IMG/VR virus record: IMGVR_UViG_3300049455_000013
Span: 1-60,671 of that record
Origin: a virus
Lineage: Duplodnaviria > Caudoviricetes
Strand: one strand, 5' to 3'
Length of the DNA: 60,671 bases
Shown here: positions 37,693-47,273 of the stretch, piece by piece
Numbering within the stretch: position 1 is the first letter of the stretch
Layout of the letters: each line of letters opens with the position of its first letter
The notes under the pieces: generated by a model
What the model was told of the DNA's origin: nothing
The model's database searches: none
Seen by the model: only the letters and a program-made list of their open reading frames with translations
Made by a program: the position numbers and the translations under genes

Positions 37693-37712
37693 CCATCCAC
37701 CTGGAGGAGACC

Positions 37713-38336
37713 ATGACCGTACCGTTCGCGGGCGATGAGCCCGAGTTCCGCATCGTCGAGCCAGAGGCCATCACAGTCCCGCTGCTGTTCATCGACACCG
37801 AGACGACTGGCCTGAACCGGCGTACGCGCCAGATCTGGGAGCTGGCCGTGATCCGTCGCGAGCCGGACGGGAGGCGTACCGAGTTCTCGGCCCTGGTTAG
37901 TGACGTGAGCCTGTACGCGGCTGATCCGAAGTCCCTGGAGATCGGCGGCTTCCGCGAGCGTCACCCGCGCGGGGACCGGTGGAACGGCGACCGCTCAGCG
38001 CTCGTGCTCACGGAAGCCCAGGTGGCGAACGAGATGTTGGCCCTCATGAGCCCTGACGCGATCTGGGTCGGCGCGGTGCCGTGGTTCGACGAGCTGAGCA
38101 TTGACGAAATGCTGCTCCTCAACGGCCTGCCGACCGAGCGCTACCGCTACCACCTGCTCGACGTGGAGACGGCGGCGGCCGGGCGCCTCCAGATCGCACC
38201 CCCGTGGGACTTCGATGCCCTGCTGGCTGCGTGGGGGCTGGGCTACGACGAGGCCGACCGGCACACCGCGCTCGGCGACGCCCGGATGGTCGAGCGGCTG
38301 TATGACGCCGTGTTCCTGGACGGAGTGCGTCCGTGA
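37713..38336 (+). CDS. DnaQ-like (DEDDh) 3'-5' exonuclease
   Basis: FIDTETTGL, WFD, LDVE, HTALGDA. Confidence 0.9.
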   Translation: MTVPFAGDEPEFRIVEPEAITVPLLFIDTETTGLNRRTRQIWELAVIRREPDGRRTEFSALVSDVSLYAADPKSLEIGGFRERHPRGDRWNGDRSALVLTEAQVANEMLALMSPDAIWVGAVPWFDELSIDEMLLLNGLPTERYRYHLLDVETAAAGRLQIAPPWDFDALLAAWGLGYDEADRHTALGDARMVERLYDAVFLDGVRP

Positions 38337-38605
38337 AGATCGTCATCACGTTGGGCGTCCCGGTGGTTGCCACCCGTACGCAGACGCACGAAGCCCGGTT
38401 CATCCAGGTAGAACGTGACGCGGCGGGATCCCTGCTGGTAACGCTGTACGGCGACGACCTGAAGGCGACCGGAGGCGTGATGCATGTGGCCGGCGCCTGG
38501 AAGGGCTACGAGGTCTCGGGGCTGTCGGAGATGCACGATGAGGACTGGGCCAAGATCCAGAAGGCCGCGAACCCTGAAGCGCCTGAACCCCGGTACCGGC
38601 GATGA
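38333..38605 (+). CDS. Hypothetical protein
   Basis: Coupled overlap. Confidence 0.6.
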   Translation: MKIVITLGVPVVATRTQTHEARFIQVERDAAGSLLVTLYGDDLKATGGVMHVAGAWKGYEVSGLSEMHDEDWAKIQKAANPEAPEPRYRR

Positions 38606-38859
38606 GCGTCGATGTCGAGGCCATCGCCTCGCCGGCCCAACTGCGCTGGAAGGATCTGCCGGTGGCCGTCCAGGTGCGGATCCGCTACGTGCTGAAAGCG
38701 GAGCTGGCCGAGTACGAGCGGGCCTGTCACGACGAGATGGCGGCCGGACGGATGGGCCGGACCACCTATGAGCGCCGCGTGATGGGCGCCGAGCGCTTCC
38801 TGCACTACGCATGGGAGGGCGAGCTGGCCGAGCGGCGCCCACGAGCGGGGCTGGAATGA
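38602..38859 (+). CDS. Hypothetical protein
   Basis: Coupled overlap. Confidence 0.6.
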   Translation: MSVDVEAIASPAQLRWKDLPVAVQVRIRYVLKAELAEYERACHDEMAAGRMGRTTYERRVMGAERFLHYAWEGELAERRPRAGLE

Positions 38860-39128
38860 GCGTGCGCCGGCTCAACGATGCCTCGCTGGAGCACCTGATC
38901 GCGGTCCTGCGGTACAGCTCGATCGCATCCGGCCTGGCCGCCGTGCTCGCGCTGTGCGTGTTCGCGCTGGCGGGCCGGGCGAGCTGGGCCTATGTCGGTG
39001 CGATTCTGGCCGGCTACACCGCTGCCGCCGGCTGGCTCGGCTGGTGGCATTTCGGGAACGCGAGCTGGAGAGGAGGCAACCATGCGGTACCGAGTGACGT
39101 TCCCCGGCCCGGTCGGGAAGCTGGGTGA
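38856..39128 (+). CDS. Two-TM membrane protein
   Basis: Coupled overlap; hydrophobic. Confidence 0.6.
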   Translation: MSVRRLNDASLEHLIAVLRYSSIASGLAAVLALCVFALAGRASWAYVGAILAGYTAAAGWLGWWHFGNASWRGGNHAVPSDVPRPGREAG

Positions 39129-39396
39129 GGGGGTGGCGTCCACGACGATCTACCCGAGCCCGGACCTGAAGATGACCGACCGTCCTGCCCTGGAGCATCA
39201 GATCGGGGAGCGGGTGGCCCAGTACGTGCGCGGGATCGGCGCCTCGTCGTCCCGCCAGGTGCGAGCCCAGGCCGCGCTGCTGGTTGACCTGGCGGCCGGT
39301 ACCGGCTCGATCTGGGCGGGCGACCGCCGGATCGGCACGTTCCACCTGGAACGCCTGGGTGAGGAGGTGAAGCCTGATGCCGGCCCCACCGACTGA
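39082..39396 (+). CDS. Hypothetical protein
   Basis: AGGAGG RBS. Confidence 0.65.
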   Translation: MRYRVTFPGPVGKLGEGVASTTIYPSPDLKMTDRPALEHQIGERVAQYVRGIGASSSRQVRAQAALLVDLAAGTGSIWAGDRRIGTFHLERLGEEVKPDAGPTD

Positions 39397-39640
39397 CGAG
39401 GAGATCCGCTACGTGGCCAGCAAGCTCGCGGCGGACTACGTGGAGCAGGCGGCGCGCAACCCGCTGGCGATGGCCCAGCATGCCCACGACTGGTTCCCCG
39501 ACCATGATGCGGTGGACTGGCGCAAGATCGGGCTGCGCCTCTCGGACAACCTGGGCGCCCTGCGCCAGGCCATGCACGCACGGTTGCTGCGGTTGCAGCG
39601 CGACGGGAAGGCAAGGATCCCCGGTGCTCAAGCTCGCTGA
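39377..39640 (+). CDS. Hypothetical protein
   Basis: GAGGAGG RBS. Confidence 0.6.
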   Translation: MPAPPTDEEIRYVASKLAADYVEQAARNPLAMAQHAHDWFPDHDAVDWRKIGLRLSDNLGALRQAMHARLLRLQRDGKARIPGAQAR

Positions 39641-39845
39641 GATCGACCCTGATGAGCTGTATCTGCCGGGAGATGTGGCCGGGCTGTTCCACGTGGACTC
39701 CAAGACCGTGACCCGGTGGATCAAGGCCGGAAAGTTTCGGGCCGATGAGTGGGTCAAGACCCCGGGCGGGCACCATCGGCTCAGGGGCGCCGGCATCCTG
39801 CGCTACGCGCCTGGACGCTGGCCGTCAGCGTCCCCGGAGAGCTGA
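39624..39845 (+). CDS. BldC-like MerR-family HTH regulator
   Basis: PGDVAGLFHVDSKTVTRWIKAGK...KTPGGHHR closely resembles BldC (PAEVA..FRVDPKTVTRWAKAGK...TLGGHRR). Confidence 0.8.
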   Translation: MLKLAEIDPDELYLPGDVAGLFHVDSKTVTRWIKAGKFRADEWVKTPGGHHRLRGAGILRYAPGRWPSASPES

Positions 39846-39848
39846 GCC

Positions 39849-40334
39849 GTGCCCACCTACGCGGCTGGCACCAGCACCAACAGCTCGGCATCCCGCGCCG
39901 AGATCGAGCACGACCTGGAGCGTTTCGGGGCGACCGCCTTCCAGTACGGCTGGGACTCCGACCGCAGGCGCGCCGAGATCACGTTCCGGATTGGCGGCCG
40001 GGCCGTCCAGATGACCATGGCCCTGCCGGCTCGGGACCATCCCGACGTGATCTGGACCCCCGCTCGTCGCCGCCAGCGAAGCGCCGAGGGCCAGGCCGAG
40101 GCGTACGAGCAGTTGACCCGCCAGCGCTGGCGGGCGCTTGCGCTGGGGATCAAGGCCAAGCTCGCGCTGGTGGAGGCCGGCATCACCACCCTGGAGCAGG
40201 AGTTCCTGGCCAACGTCCTGCTTCCAGGTGGACAGAGCGTCGGGAGCTGGGTCGCGCCCGTGGTTGAGCGCGCCTACGAGCTGGACGCGGCGCCCATGCC
40301 GGCTCTGCTCCCCCGGCCAGAGAGCGACGATTGA
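39849..40334 (+). CDS. Conserved phage hypothetical protein
   Basis: YA..T......SRAEIE..L.RFGA...RQRWRAL.L.IKAKL..VE.GI...EQEFL. Confidence 0.8.
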   Translation: MPTYAAGTSTNSSASRAEIEHDLERFGATAFQYGWDSDRRRAEITFRIGGRAVQMTMALPARDHPDVIWTPARRRQRSAEGQAEAYEQLTRQRWRALALGIKAKLALVEAGITTLEQEFLANVLLPGGQSVGSWVAPVVERAYELDAAPMPALLPRPESDD

Positions 40335-40336
40335 CC

Positions 40337-40951
40337 ATGGCCCACGTCAAGGACAAGGCACGCAGGCGGATACGGATAGAAGCCAGCGTCGAGCGCGAGC
40401 GGGTGGCCCTGGAGATGTTCCTGCGGGGCCAGCGGTACTCGGAGATCGCCGAGAAGATCACGGTCCACCACGCTTCGGTGGGGGCCATCATCCGGCGAGC
40501 CCTGGAGCGCCGGGCGTCCGAGGAGCAGCCCACGGTGGCCGCCGCTCGGGAGCTGTACCTGATGCGGGCCAACGAGCTGCTACGCGCCTGGTGGCCGCTG
40601 GCCGTGGGTACGTACGTGACCGACGACGAGACCGGTGCGACCGCCGCGCCGGATCCCCGGGCGGCCGACATCGTGATGAAGCTGATCGACAAGATCGGCG
40701 CCGTGATGGGCCAGGGCGTCGTCCAGCAAGCGGGCAATCTGGGGCAGATCGACCTGGTACACAGGATCGATGATAGCCAGGTCAACACATTCCGACAGCA
40801 GATCATGAGCAGCCTGGCGGCTATCGCCCAGAAGAACCACGTCATAGACGCCGAGTTCGATGACGTGGGAACCACCCTCCAAGGAGCCGCTGGCCGACCC
40901 GAGATCGACACCAAGCCGGCGCCCCCGAGAACCCGAGAGAAGGCAGCGTGA
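40337..40951 (+). CDS. HTH protein, possible terminase small subunit
   Basis: ALEMFLRGQRYSEIA HTH followed by a helical bundle. Confidence 0.6.
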   Translation: MAHVKDKARRRIRIEASVERERVALEMFLRGQRYSEIAEKITVHHASVGAIIRRALERRASEEQPTVAAARELYLMRANELLRAWWPLAVGTYVTDDETGATAAPDPRAADIVMKLIDKIGAVMGQGVVQQAGNLGQIDLVHRIDDSQVNTFRQQIMSSLAAIAQKNHVIDAEFDDVGTTLQGAAGRPEIDTKPAPPRTREKAA

Positions 40952-41190
40952 AGCTTCGAGTCCACTTCCTGGCGCCAGAGTCAGGCTCGCCAACAACGTT
41001 CGATATCGACTTGCCAGAATCCTTCGACCAGAACCGCGAGGAGCGTGTGTTGCCGCACTGCTCGTCTGGCGTAGTAGTGTTCCGCGATTCCAGTGGCTGG
41101 CTGGTGCTGGTGGTGCCGGTGTCGCGTCTGTTGCTTGTCGAGGTGGTCGGGGACACGAATCCCGAGCCCGCCATCCGGAGGTTCGCATGA
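40948..41190 (+). CDS. Hypothetical protein
   Basis: Coupled overlaps. Confidence 0.55.
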   Translation: MKLRVHFLAPESGSPTTFDIDLPESFDQNREERVLPHCSSGVVVFRDSSGWLVLVVPVSRLLLVEVVGDTNPEPAIRRFA

Positions 41191-41612
41191 GCGCGCCGAT
41201 ACCCCTGGACCAGGAAGCCACCTCGGAGGTGTTGTGGGAGATCCACGACGAGCGCGCCAAGCAGGATACGAAGTGGGGCGAGCAGAACCACCCGAACGTA
41301 GATCCGCTGGTGGCCGAGCATGTGGCCGCGAACGTCGGCCAACCTCGGCGCGAGCTGACGATAGCTCGGTTCTACCGGGTGCCGACCGCTACCGTTGCCC
41401 GCGAGCTGTGCCAGCAGGCGGCGGCTGATGGTCGCTCCACCTGGGGAGACATTCTCCTGGAGGAGTTCTGCGAGTTCCTGGAGGCCGCCGGCCTGGGCGA
41501 CGACGTAGCGGCGCGCGGAGAGCTGGTGCAGCTCGCGGCCGTGGCCGTCGCGGCAGTCCAGGCCCATGACCGTCGCCAGGCCCAGAAGGCGGCGCGAGAT
41601 GGCGCCTGCTAG
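41187..41612 (+). CDS. MazG-like nucleotide pyrophosphohydrolase
   Basis: ER.KQD.KWGEQ.H...TW.DILLEE..E...ELVQLAAVA. Confidence 0.75.
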   Translation: MSAPIPLDQEATSEVLWEIHDERAKQDTKWGEQNHPNVDPLVAEHVAANVGQPRRELTIARFYRVPTATVARELCQQAAADGRSTWGDILLEEFCEFLEAAGLGDDVAARGELVQLAAVAVAAVQAHDRRQAQKAARDGAC

Positions 41613-42285
41613 CTCGGTCGTCGAGACCCCGGAGCAGGCCCAGGAGCGGCTGAAGGCTGGCCGCTGGGTCACCTTCGCCGGCAGCGTCGAGCCCCACCGG
41701 CTGCCGCACATCCGGGAGCATCTGATCCGGGGATCCGACGCACCCTCCATCACCTGCTGCGGGATGTCGCTGCGCAAGGGGGGAGTTGAGGATGCGGACG
41801 GCTCTCGCCTGCCGTGCGGCGCCTGCCTGCGCGTCTGGCTCAACCGCCAGCAGCGGGTAGAGCCAGCCTGGGCGGCCGGTGAGCGCGAGGTGGAGGCCAG
41901 GCTGCGGCGTGCCCTGGAGGAGCGGGAGGAGCTGGTGACGAAGGCGCTGGAGCTGGCCGACCAACTCCAGGCCACCGAGCGCGCCCGGGAGAGCTGGGAG
42001 GACTGGGGCAAGGGCTGGAAGGCCCAGGCCGAGGCTAACCAGGTGGAACGCGACAAGGCGTGGGCCGAGCTGGACGCCGAGCGGGCCAAGGTGCGCGCTG
42101 TACTGGAGTGGGCCGACGCGCTGGAGGTCGCGGCGCCTACCGGCTGGACGAGTCGACTGATGGCAAAGCAGGTCCGGGAGCGGATCATCCCGGCCGGCGT
42201 GCCGGCTGATCCGCACCTGCCCGTCCTGATCGAGGGGCGGTACGTGCTCGGCCAGCAGCTCGGAGGCGAAGATGCCACGGGATGA
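41599..42285 (+). CDS. Zn-finger + coiled-coil hypothetical protein
   Basis: H...CC...CxxC then heptads. Confidence 0.65.
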   Translation: MAPASSVVETPEQAQERLKAGRWVTFAGSVEPHRLPHIREHLIRGSDAPSITCCGMSLRKGGVEDADGSRLPCGACLRVWLNRQQRVEPAWAAGEREVEARLRRALEEREELVTKALELADQLQATERARESWEDWGKGWKAQAEANQVERDKAWAELDAERAKVRAVLEWADALEVAAPTGWTSRLMAKQVRERIIPAGVPADPHLPVLIEGRYVLGQQLGGEDATG

Positions 42286-42475
42286 CAGCCGACCGTGCCG
42301 GGTGTCGACGACGGCCTACGACTGGGGCAACGTCTGCGCGCGGGACGAGTTCGGGGTGCACCACTGCCGGCTGCCGGCCGGGCATGAGGGCGACGACGTG
42401 TGCACCTGCGGGACGCGCCGGCTGGCCGGCAAGCCACCGAACCGCGTGTGACAAACGTGGGGCTGTGGGACTAAC

Positions 42476-42655
42476 GTGGGGCACGTGGAGAAGCGGCAGC
42501 ACGTATCTCTGCGCCTGGGTCGCGAGGGCGTGGAGCATGTGGACGATCGAGCGCGCCAGGCCGGTGTTCCGTGGTCCGAAATGGTCCGATGGATGCTGGT
42601 TTACGCGGCACAGAACATGCCCGAGGACTGGCGGCCGAGGGCTGGGGAGTCCTGA
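42476..42655 (+). CDS. Ribbon-helix-helix (CopG-like) DNA-binding protein
   Basis: Hand translation VEKRQHVSLRLGREGVEHVDDRARQAGVPWSEMVRWML. Confidence 0.65.
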   Translation: MGHVEKRQHVSLRLGREGVEHVDDRARQAGVPWSEMVRWMLVYAAQNMPEDWRPRAGES

Positions 42656-42678
42656 GTAACGGAGAGTGAGAATCCCTT

Positions 42679-43017
42679 ATGACCGATACGATGGAGAATG
42701 CCGGCCTCGGGTCTCCGGATTCTCGGGCCGACACCGTGTGCCACGCCGACGCATCCCGGAATGCAGGAACCCAGCAAGATCGTACCGTAACCCAGAGTCG
42801 TTTTTTGGGAGCTGAGTACCCGGAGGGGACCGTCCTGATCTGGCGCACGTCGATCTGGCTGGCGACGGCCTTGCGGGACGATCGGATCGCGCTCGCCGCC
42901 GGTCTGGGTGAGGCGCACTGGTGGTTCCCGACCGGCGCGTCCACCTGGGAGGAGGTCGTGTCCGTCATCTTCGCCATCGGAGAGCCCGATCACGTGGTCC
43001 GGCTATGGACAGCGTGA
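42679..43017 (+). CDS. Hypothetical protein
   Basis: Coupled to the HIT gene. Confidence 0.5.
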   Translation: MTDTMENAGLGSPDSRADTVCHADASRNAGTQQDRTVTQSRFLGAEYPEGTVLIWRTSIWLATALRDDRIALAAGLGEAHWWFPTGASTWEEVVSVIFAIGEPDHVVRLWTA

Positions 43018-43352
43018 GCCTGCGGCAGGACTGCGCGTTCTGCCGCATCATCGCGGGCGACGAGCCGGCGACCGTGATTCGCAAGTGGAGCCTGGTCTGG
43101 GTGATCGAGCCGCTGAACCCCGTGGCCGAGGGCCACGTGCTCCTGCTGCCGACCACGCACGTGCGGGATGCGACCGTGCAACCTGCCGTGACTGCGATGG
43201 TGATGCACCGTGCCGCCGAGCTGGCCCGCCTGCCGTGCAACATCATCACGTCGTGTGGCGCCGAGGCGACGCAGACCGTTCTCCATCTGCACGTGCACGT
43301 GGTGCCTCGGCGCGCGGGCGATGGACTGAGGCTCCCCTGGAGTAAGCCGTGA
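43014..43352 (+). CDS. HIT-family nucleotide hydrolase
   Basis: DCAFCRI...GHVL..P..H...QTVLHLHVHVVPR. Confidence 0.9.
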   Translation: MSLRQDCAFCRIIAGDEPATVIRKWSLVWVIEPLNPVAEGHVLLLPTTHVRDATVQPAVTAMVMHRAAELARLPCNIITSCGAEATQTVLHLHVHVVPRRAGDGLRLPWSKP

Positions 43353-43582
43353 AGATCAGTAAGGCATTGTGGCTCGTGGGCTTCCTGGGCACCTTCGGGC
43401 TCTGGCTGGCTGAGGAGATCTGGGCCGCCTACGACGCCGATCCCAACACGGTCCCCCTGACCAACTTCCTGGTGGACAACGTACCGGGATGGATCCTGTT
43501 CCCGGTGATCCTCACCTTCGCCGTCTGGATCTCCGCTCACTTCTGGATCTACATCCAGCTACACCGGAAAGGCAAGGCATGA
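43349..43582 (+). CDS. Two-TM membrane protein
   Basis: Hydrophobic; coupled. Confidence 0.65.
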   Translation: MKISKALWLVGFLGTFGLWLAEEIWAAYDADPNTVPLTNFLVDNVPGWILFPVILTFAVWISAHFWIYIQLHRKGKA

Positions 43583-43773
43583 GCGAGCAGGTGAGAAGTG
43601 GCTGGACCTCGCACGGGTACTGGTACGGACCCGGCAAGCCAGACCAGGCGACTGAGCCCCGGATGAAAGCGCGCTGCGGTGGACCGGGGCTTTGTCCGAA
43701 GTGTGCGCAAGAGGGGTATCCGGGCGCGTACCCGGGAGAAGCGTCCTATGGACCGGCCGCCGGTCCAGCGTGA
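43579..43773 (+). CDS. Small Zn-binding hypothetical protein
   Basis: HG...ARCGGPGLCPKC. Confidence 0.65.
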   Translation: MSEQVRSGWTSHGYWYGPGKPDQATEPRMKARCGGPGLCPKCAQEGYPGAYPGEASYGPAAGPA

Positions 43774-44018
43774 TCGCACGCTGGCGCAAGCGGCGGCGGT
43801 GCTTCCACCATGACCACAACACCGGTACGAGCTGGATCACATCCGAGCTGGTCAACTGGGGCCGCGCCAAGATCTGGCTCTGCTTCCAGTGTGGCCGGGT
43901 GTGGCGATGAGCTGGCTTCTGGCGGCGCTTGTCGTGGGTGCCGCCCTGTTGGGCCTGCTGCTGGGCTGGGCGATTCCCCGGATGTTTCCGTACGACGACG
44001 ATGAGGAGCGGTGATTGC

Positions 44019-44426
44019 ATGACTCAGACGGTGGCCGTGGACTTCGATGGTGTGATCCATCGGTATTCCAAGGGCTGGTACGACGGCACGATCTATGACG
44101 AGCCGATGCCGGGCGCGATCGAGGGCCTAAAAGCGCTCCAGGAGACGTACGCGGTGTTCGTGCTCACGTCGCGGGATCCTGGCCGGGTGGCCGCATGGCT
44201 GATTGACCGGAACGTCATCTCTGTTTGGTACACCGATACCCCGGACGCAGAGAACCAGCATCCGGATTTCTGGAATGACCAGGAGATGGTGCTGGTGACG
44301 AACCGGAAGCTACCGGCCGTGGCTTACATCGATGACCGGGCTATCCGGTTCACGGACTGGGCCAGCGTGCCAGGCCAGCTCGACGCAAGCAGGTACTTCA
44401 TGCGCGAGCCCGAGATACAGCCGTGA
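44019..44426 (+). CDS. HAD-superfamily phosphatase
   Basis: VAVDFDGVIH...TSR...K..A.AYIDDRA. Confidence 0.85.
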   Translation: MTQTVAVDFDGVIHRYSKGWYDGTIYDEPMPGAIEGLKALQETYAVFVLTSRDPGRVAAWLIDRNVISVWYTDTPDAENQHPDFWNDQEMVLVTNRKLPAVAYIDDRAIRFTDWASVPGQLDASRYFMREPEIQP

Positions 44427-44686
44427 TGAGCGGGCCAACCGAGACGCTTGGGTCCGTGGAACACGTCTTCCAGGCCACCACGAAGTGCAAGTGCGGCTTC
44501 GAGCCCGAGACGGGCCAGGACTGGTCACGGCACATCCAGAACGTGCGGATTTACGCCCTGGAGCGGTTGTTAGACGAAATGCTCCGCTCGTTCTACGTGA
44601 AGGGCCATCCCGGGTTCGCGGCCATCCGGAGTGGCTGGATCAAGGTCGACAGGCTCGCCGCGTGGCAGGAGGTACGGAAGGGATGA
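44423..44686 (+). CDS. Hypothetical protein
   Basis: H...CKCG...W..H. Confidence 0.55.
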   Translation: MMSGPTETLGSVEHVFQATTKCKCGFEPETGQDWSRHIQNVRIYALERLLDEMLRSFYVKGHPGFAAIRSGWIKVDRLAAWQEVRKG

Positions 44687-45159
44687 GGCGTCGAGGTTGC
44701 CAGTACTGCGAACGCCCGCTGTCCAGGTGGGCGAGGTTGTTGCGCGTCTGGAGCTGCAAGGGATGTGCGACGCGGCTGAGCATGGGCGGCTCGCCGATGA
44801 CCCCCGAGGGCCGGCGACGCATCGAGGCACAGCCCCCGAGCCGGGGAGTCGACGACGTGTGGCAGGCCAAGCAGGCGCTTGCCCACCCGAGCCGGTACTA
44901 CGGAGAGGGCGGCACCATCCACGGGACCACGGAGCTGGACGTGGAGATCTGTGACGGTACGGTGGTGGCCGTCTGGTACCGCTGCCAGCAGCTTCCGTAC
45001 CGCGAGGTCCAGGTGTCGCGCTCACGGGTCGCAGACGTGGTGCACCTGGAGGGTGAGCTTCCCGCGATTACGGGCGTTGAGCTGCTGGATGCCCCGCCGG
45101 GCCACCGGATCCAGGTGGGGCACTCGCCGGGGGGTGACGAATGGCCGGTACGGACGTGA
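44683..45159 (+). CDS. Hypothetical protein
   Basis: CxxC...CxxC; YYG.GGTIH.T..LDVE...VVAVWYRCQ.LPY. Confidence 0.6.
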   Translation: MRRRGCQYCERPLSRWARLLRVWSCKGCATRLSMGGSPMTPEGRRRIEAQPPSRGVDDVWQAKQALAHPSRYYGEGGTIHGTTELDVEICDGTVVAVWYRCQQLPYREVQVSRSRVADVVHLEGELPAITGVELLDAPPGHRIQVGHSPGGDEWPVRT

Positions 45160-45488
45160 GCCTGGACGCACTGCTGGTCAGCTTGACCCCGCACGAGCCC
45201 TCGGCCCGCTGCGAGAATATCCACTGCTTTATCCACATGGTTGACGAACCTGGGGACGGCTACCTCACGTGCGGGGAGTGCTTCCACCTGTTCCGGACCA
45301 GGCGGGCCTTGCGAGCGGCCGAGCGTGCCCAGCTTCGCGACGACTGGCGGCATCCCTGGTCGCGTCCCACCTGGAGGCGGCGGCGGTACCCGGCAACCGC
45401 CCTGACGGTCTCGCGCTGGGTGCGGCACTACCTGACGATTCGGGCGGGCAGGATCTACTCCTGCCCGCTCTGCGCCCACGACTTTTAG
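45141..45488 (+). CDS. Zn-finger hypothetical protein
   Basis: HC..H...CGEC.H...CPLCAHDF. Confidence 0.65.
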   Translation: MAGTDVSLDALLVSLTPHEPSARCENIHCFIHMVDEPGDGYLTCGECFHLFRTRRALRAAERAQLRDDWRHPWSRPTWRRRRYPATALTVSRWVRHYLTIRAGRIYSCPLCAHDF

Positions 45489-45550
45489 GCTGACCAGCCG
45501 GTAACATGATAGGCTAGGCGAGTCATGTAGAACCCTCACCTGGAGGACCG

Positions 45551-45817
45551 ATGTCCCTGCCCAGCCCGTCCCACGTGGGCGACCCTGGCGGCGTGAAGGC
45601 CCGTACCGCCGGTCAGCGCGGCGTCTCCACGCGCGCGCTGCCGTTCGTCCGGCGCCTGGCCAACTACCAGAACCAGCCGAACACCGGCCTGTACGCACCA
45701 CTCACCCCGGCCCAGCTCCGTCGATCGGCCAAGAAGCTCCGCGCGGCCGGTGACCCGGTTACCGCTGCTGCCATCCGTCCTGGCAGTTTCAGGGGGCGGC
45801 CGGGTGACCTCGCATGA
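45551..45817 (+). CDS. Basic hypothetical protein
   Basis: TCACCTGGAGG RBS. Confidence 0.65.
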   Translation: MSLPSPSHVGDPGGVKARTAGQRGVSTRALPFVRRLANYQNQPNTGLYAPLTPAQLRRSAKKLRAAGDPVTAAAIRPGSFRGRPGDLA

Positions 45818-46533
45818 GGTACCTGCTCGCTCCGGGCGACATCCCGACCGGTGGCGCCAAGGGCTTCGCTGCCGGCCTGGCGGCCTGGTTCACTCCCGAG
45901 CACATCGGCGGGGTGCTGGCGTTGCTGGTGGTGGCCGTCTTCGTAGCCAAGCTCTGGAAGGTGCTCATGGGCCATCCGGTGCTGTTCGTGGTGGTGCTCA
46001 TCCTGGCCGGCGTGGCGCTCGGCTTCGTCACCCTCACCCCGCCCCGTGACCCCGGCCATCAGCCGCTCGTGCCGGCCACTGGCCCGCCGATCCCCCGGTG
46101 AGCCCGCTAGCCCTGGCCGGCGCCTGCGCGGGTGCCGCCTTCCTGATCGTCGCGTTCATCGGCGGTTCCATCCAGAGTCACGACGGAGAGTCGGTGCCCT
46201 GGTTCAAGACCGCGCTGGGCGTCGGCTTCGCGATCTTCCTGCTGGTGCTCGCCCTGATCCTGATGCCGTGGGGAGCGTGAGCTTTATGGATCCCTCCCTT
46301 GCGCTGTTCTGTGTTCTCGCCGTTCTTGTGGTTGTTGCACTGATGATCTGGATAGGGAGACCGTGAGCACCGTGGGGAACTACACCCTTGCCGGGTACTG
46401 CGCGGCCGTGACGTTCGCGGTCGCCACGCTGATCTGCCTGTACCTGCACCAGCCTCGTAAGGCGCTGTGGTTCGCGCCGATGATGGCCGCCATCATGTTC
46501 GCGATCGTCATGGTTGCGAGCGTCCAACCCTGA
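45814..46533 (+). CDS. Run of four small membrane proteins (45814-46101, 46098-46280, 46287-46366, 46363-46533)
   Basis: Mostly translationally coupled hydrophobic ORFs. Confidence 0.55.
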
Positions 46534-46549
46534 AACCTGGAGATGATCT

Positions 46550-47032
46550 ATGGGACGACTGGAGTACCCCTGGCGGAAGGACGAGCAGCCCCCCGTGCCG
46601 TCCTATCGGAACTCGGTGACGGGAAGCATGATCGATCGAGAGTTTGCCACCTACATCGTGCACACGGCGACGGATGAGCGGGTACGCGATCTGCTGCGCG
46701 TCACGGCGCACGAGCTGAACAACCTGCTCCCCGAGTGCTCGCGCAAGACCGAGGCCATCGACCACCTGCGGTTGGCGATGTGGGCGGCCGTGAGCGCGGT
46801 CACCTGCTATGGCACTCACCAGCCGACCTGGGTGGAGTCGGCAACCGACGCGGCGGCACGCCACGTGGAGCAGGCGTACGGGCTGCCGGCCGGCTCGCTG
46901 GTGGTCGACAAGACGCCGGTATGCCCGGCCGATCCCGCCGATCGGGCCATGGAGAGCCTGGAGCGCGCGTCCAGCTCGTTGGGTGCGTTGGTGGCGGACG
47001 AGGCCCAAGCGCGTCAGGTGGGCAAGCCGTGA
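46550..47032 (+). CDS. Acb2/Tad1-like helical-hairpin protein
   Basis: IDREF.TY...VR......AHELNNLLPE.SRK.EAIDHL..AMWA..AV resembles the Acb2/Tad1 hairpin. Confidence 0.5.
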   Translation: MGRLEYPWRKDEQPPVPSYRNSVTGSMIDREFATYIVHTATDERVRDLLRVTAHELNNLLPECSRKTEAIDHLRLAMWAAVSAVTCYGTHQPTWVESATDAAARHVEQAYGLPAGSLVVDKTPVCPADPADRAMESLERASSSLGALVADEAQARQVGKP

Positions 47033-47199
47033 CGAACCTGCCCCTCATCGTCATCGTGACCATGATCCTCGCGGTCGGCGGCCTCTGCCTGATAACCGGC
47101 GCGGCCGTCAGCAAGCGCACGCTGATCTTTATCGGTGCGGGGATCATCCTGATCGGGGTGGCCGTAATGATGGTCTTCTACCCGGATCCTGGCCAGTAG
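47029..47199 (+). CDS. Small two-TM protein
   Basis: GTGA overlap; hydrophobic. Confidence 0.6.
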   Translation: MTNLPLIVIVTMILAVGGLCLITGAAVSKRTLIFIGAGIILIGVAVMMVFYPDPGQ

Positions 47200-47211
47200 T
47201 GACCGAGACGA

Positions 47212-47246
47212 AACGTCCCCCGACTGTCTCAAGGTCGGGGGACGTT
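47212..47246. terminator. Bidirectional terminator hairpin
   Basis: 13-bp stem between convergent genes. Confidence 0.75.
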
Positions 47247-47273
47247 CGGTTGGGACGCGACTTCCGGTCAGGG

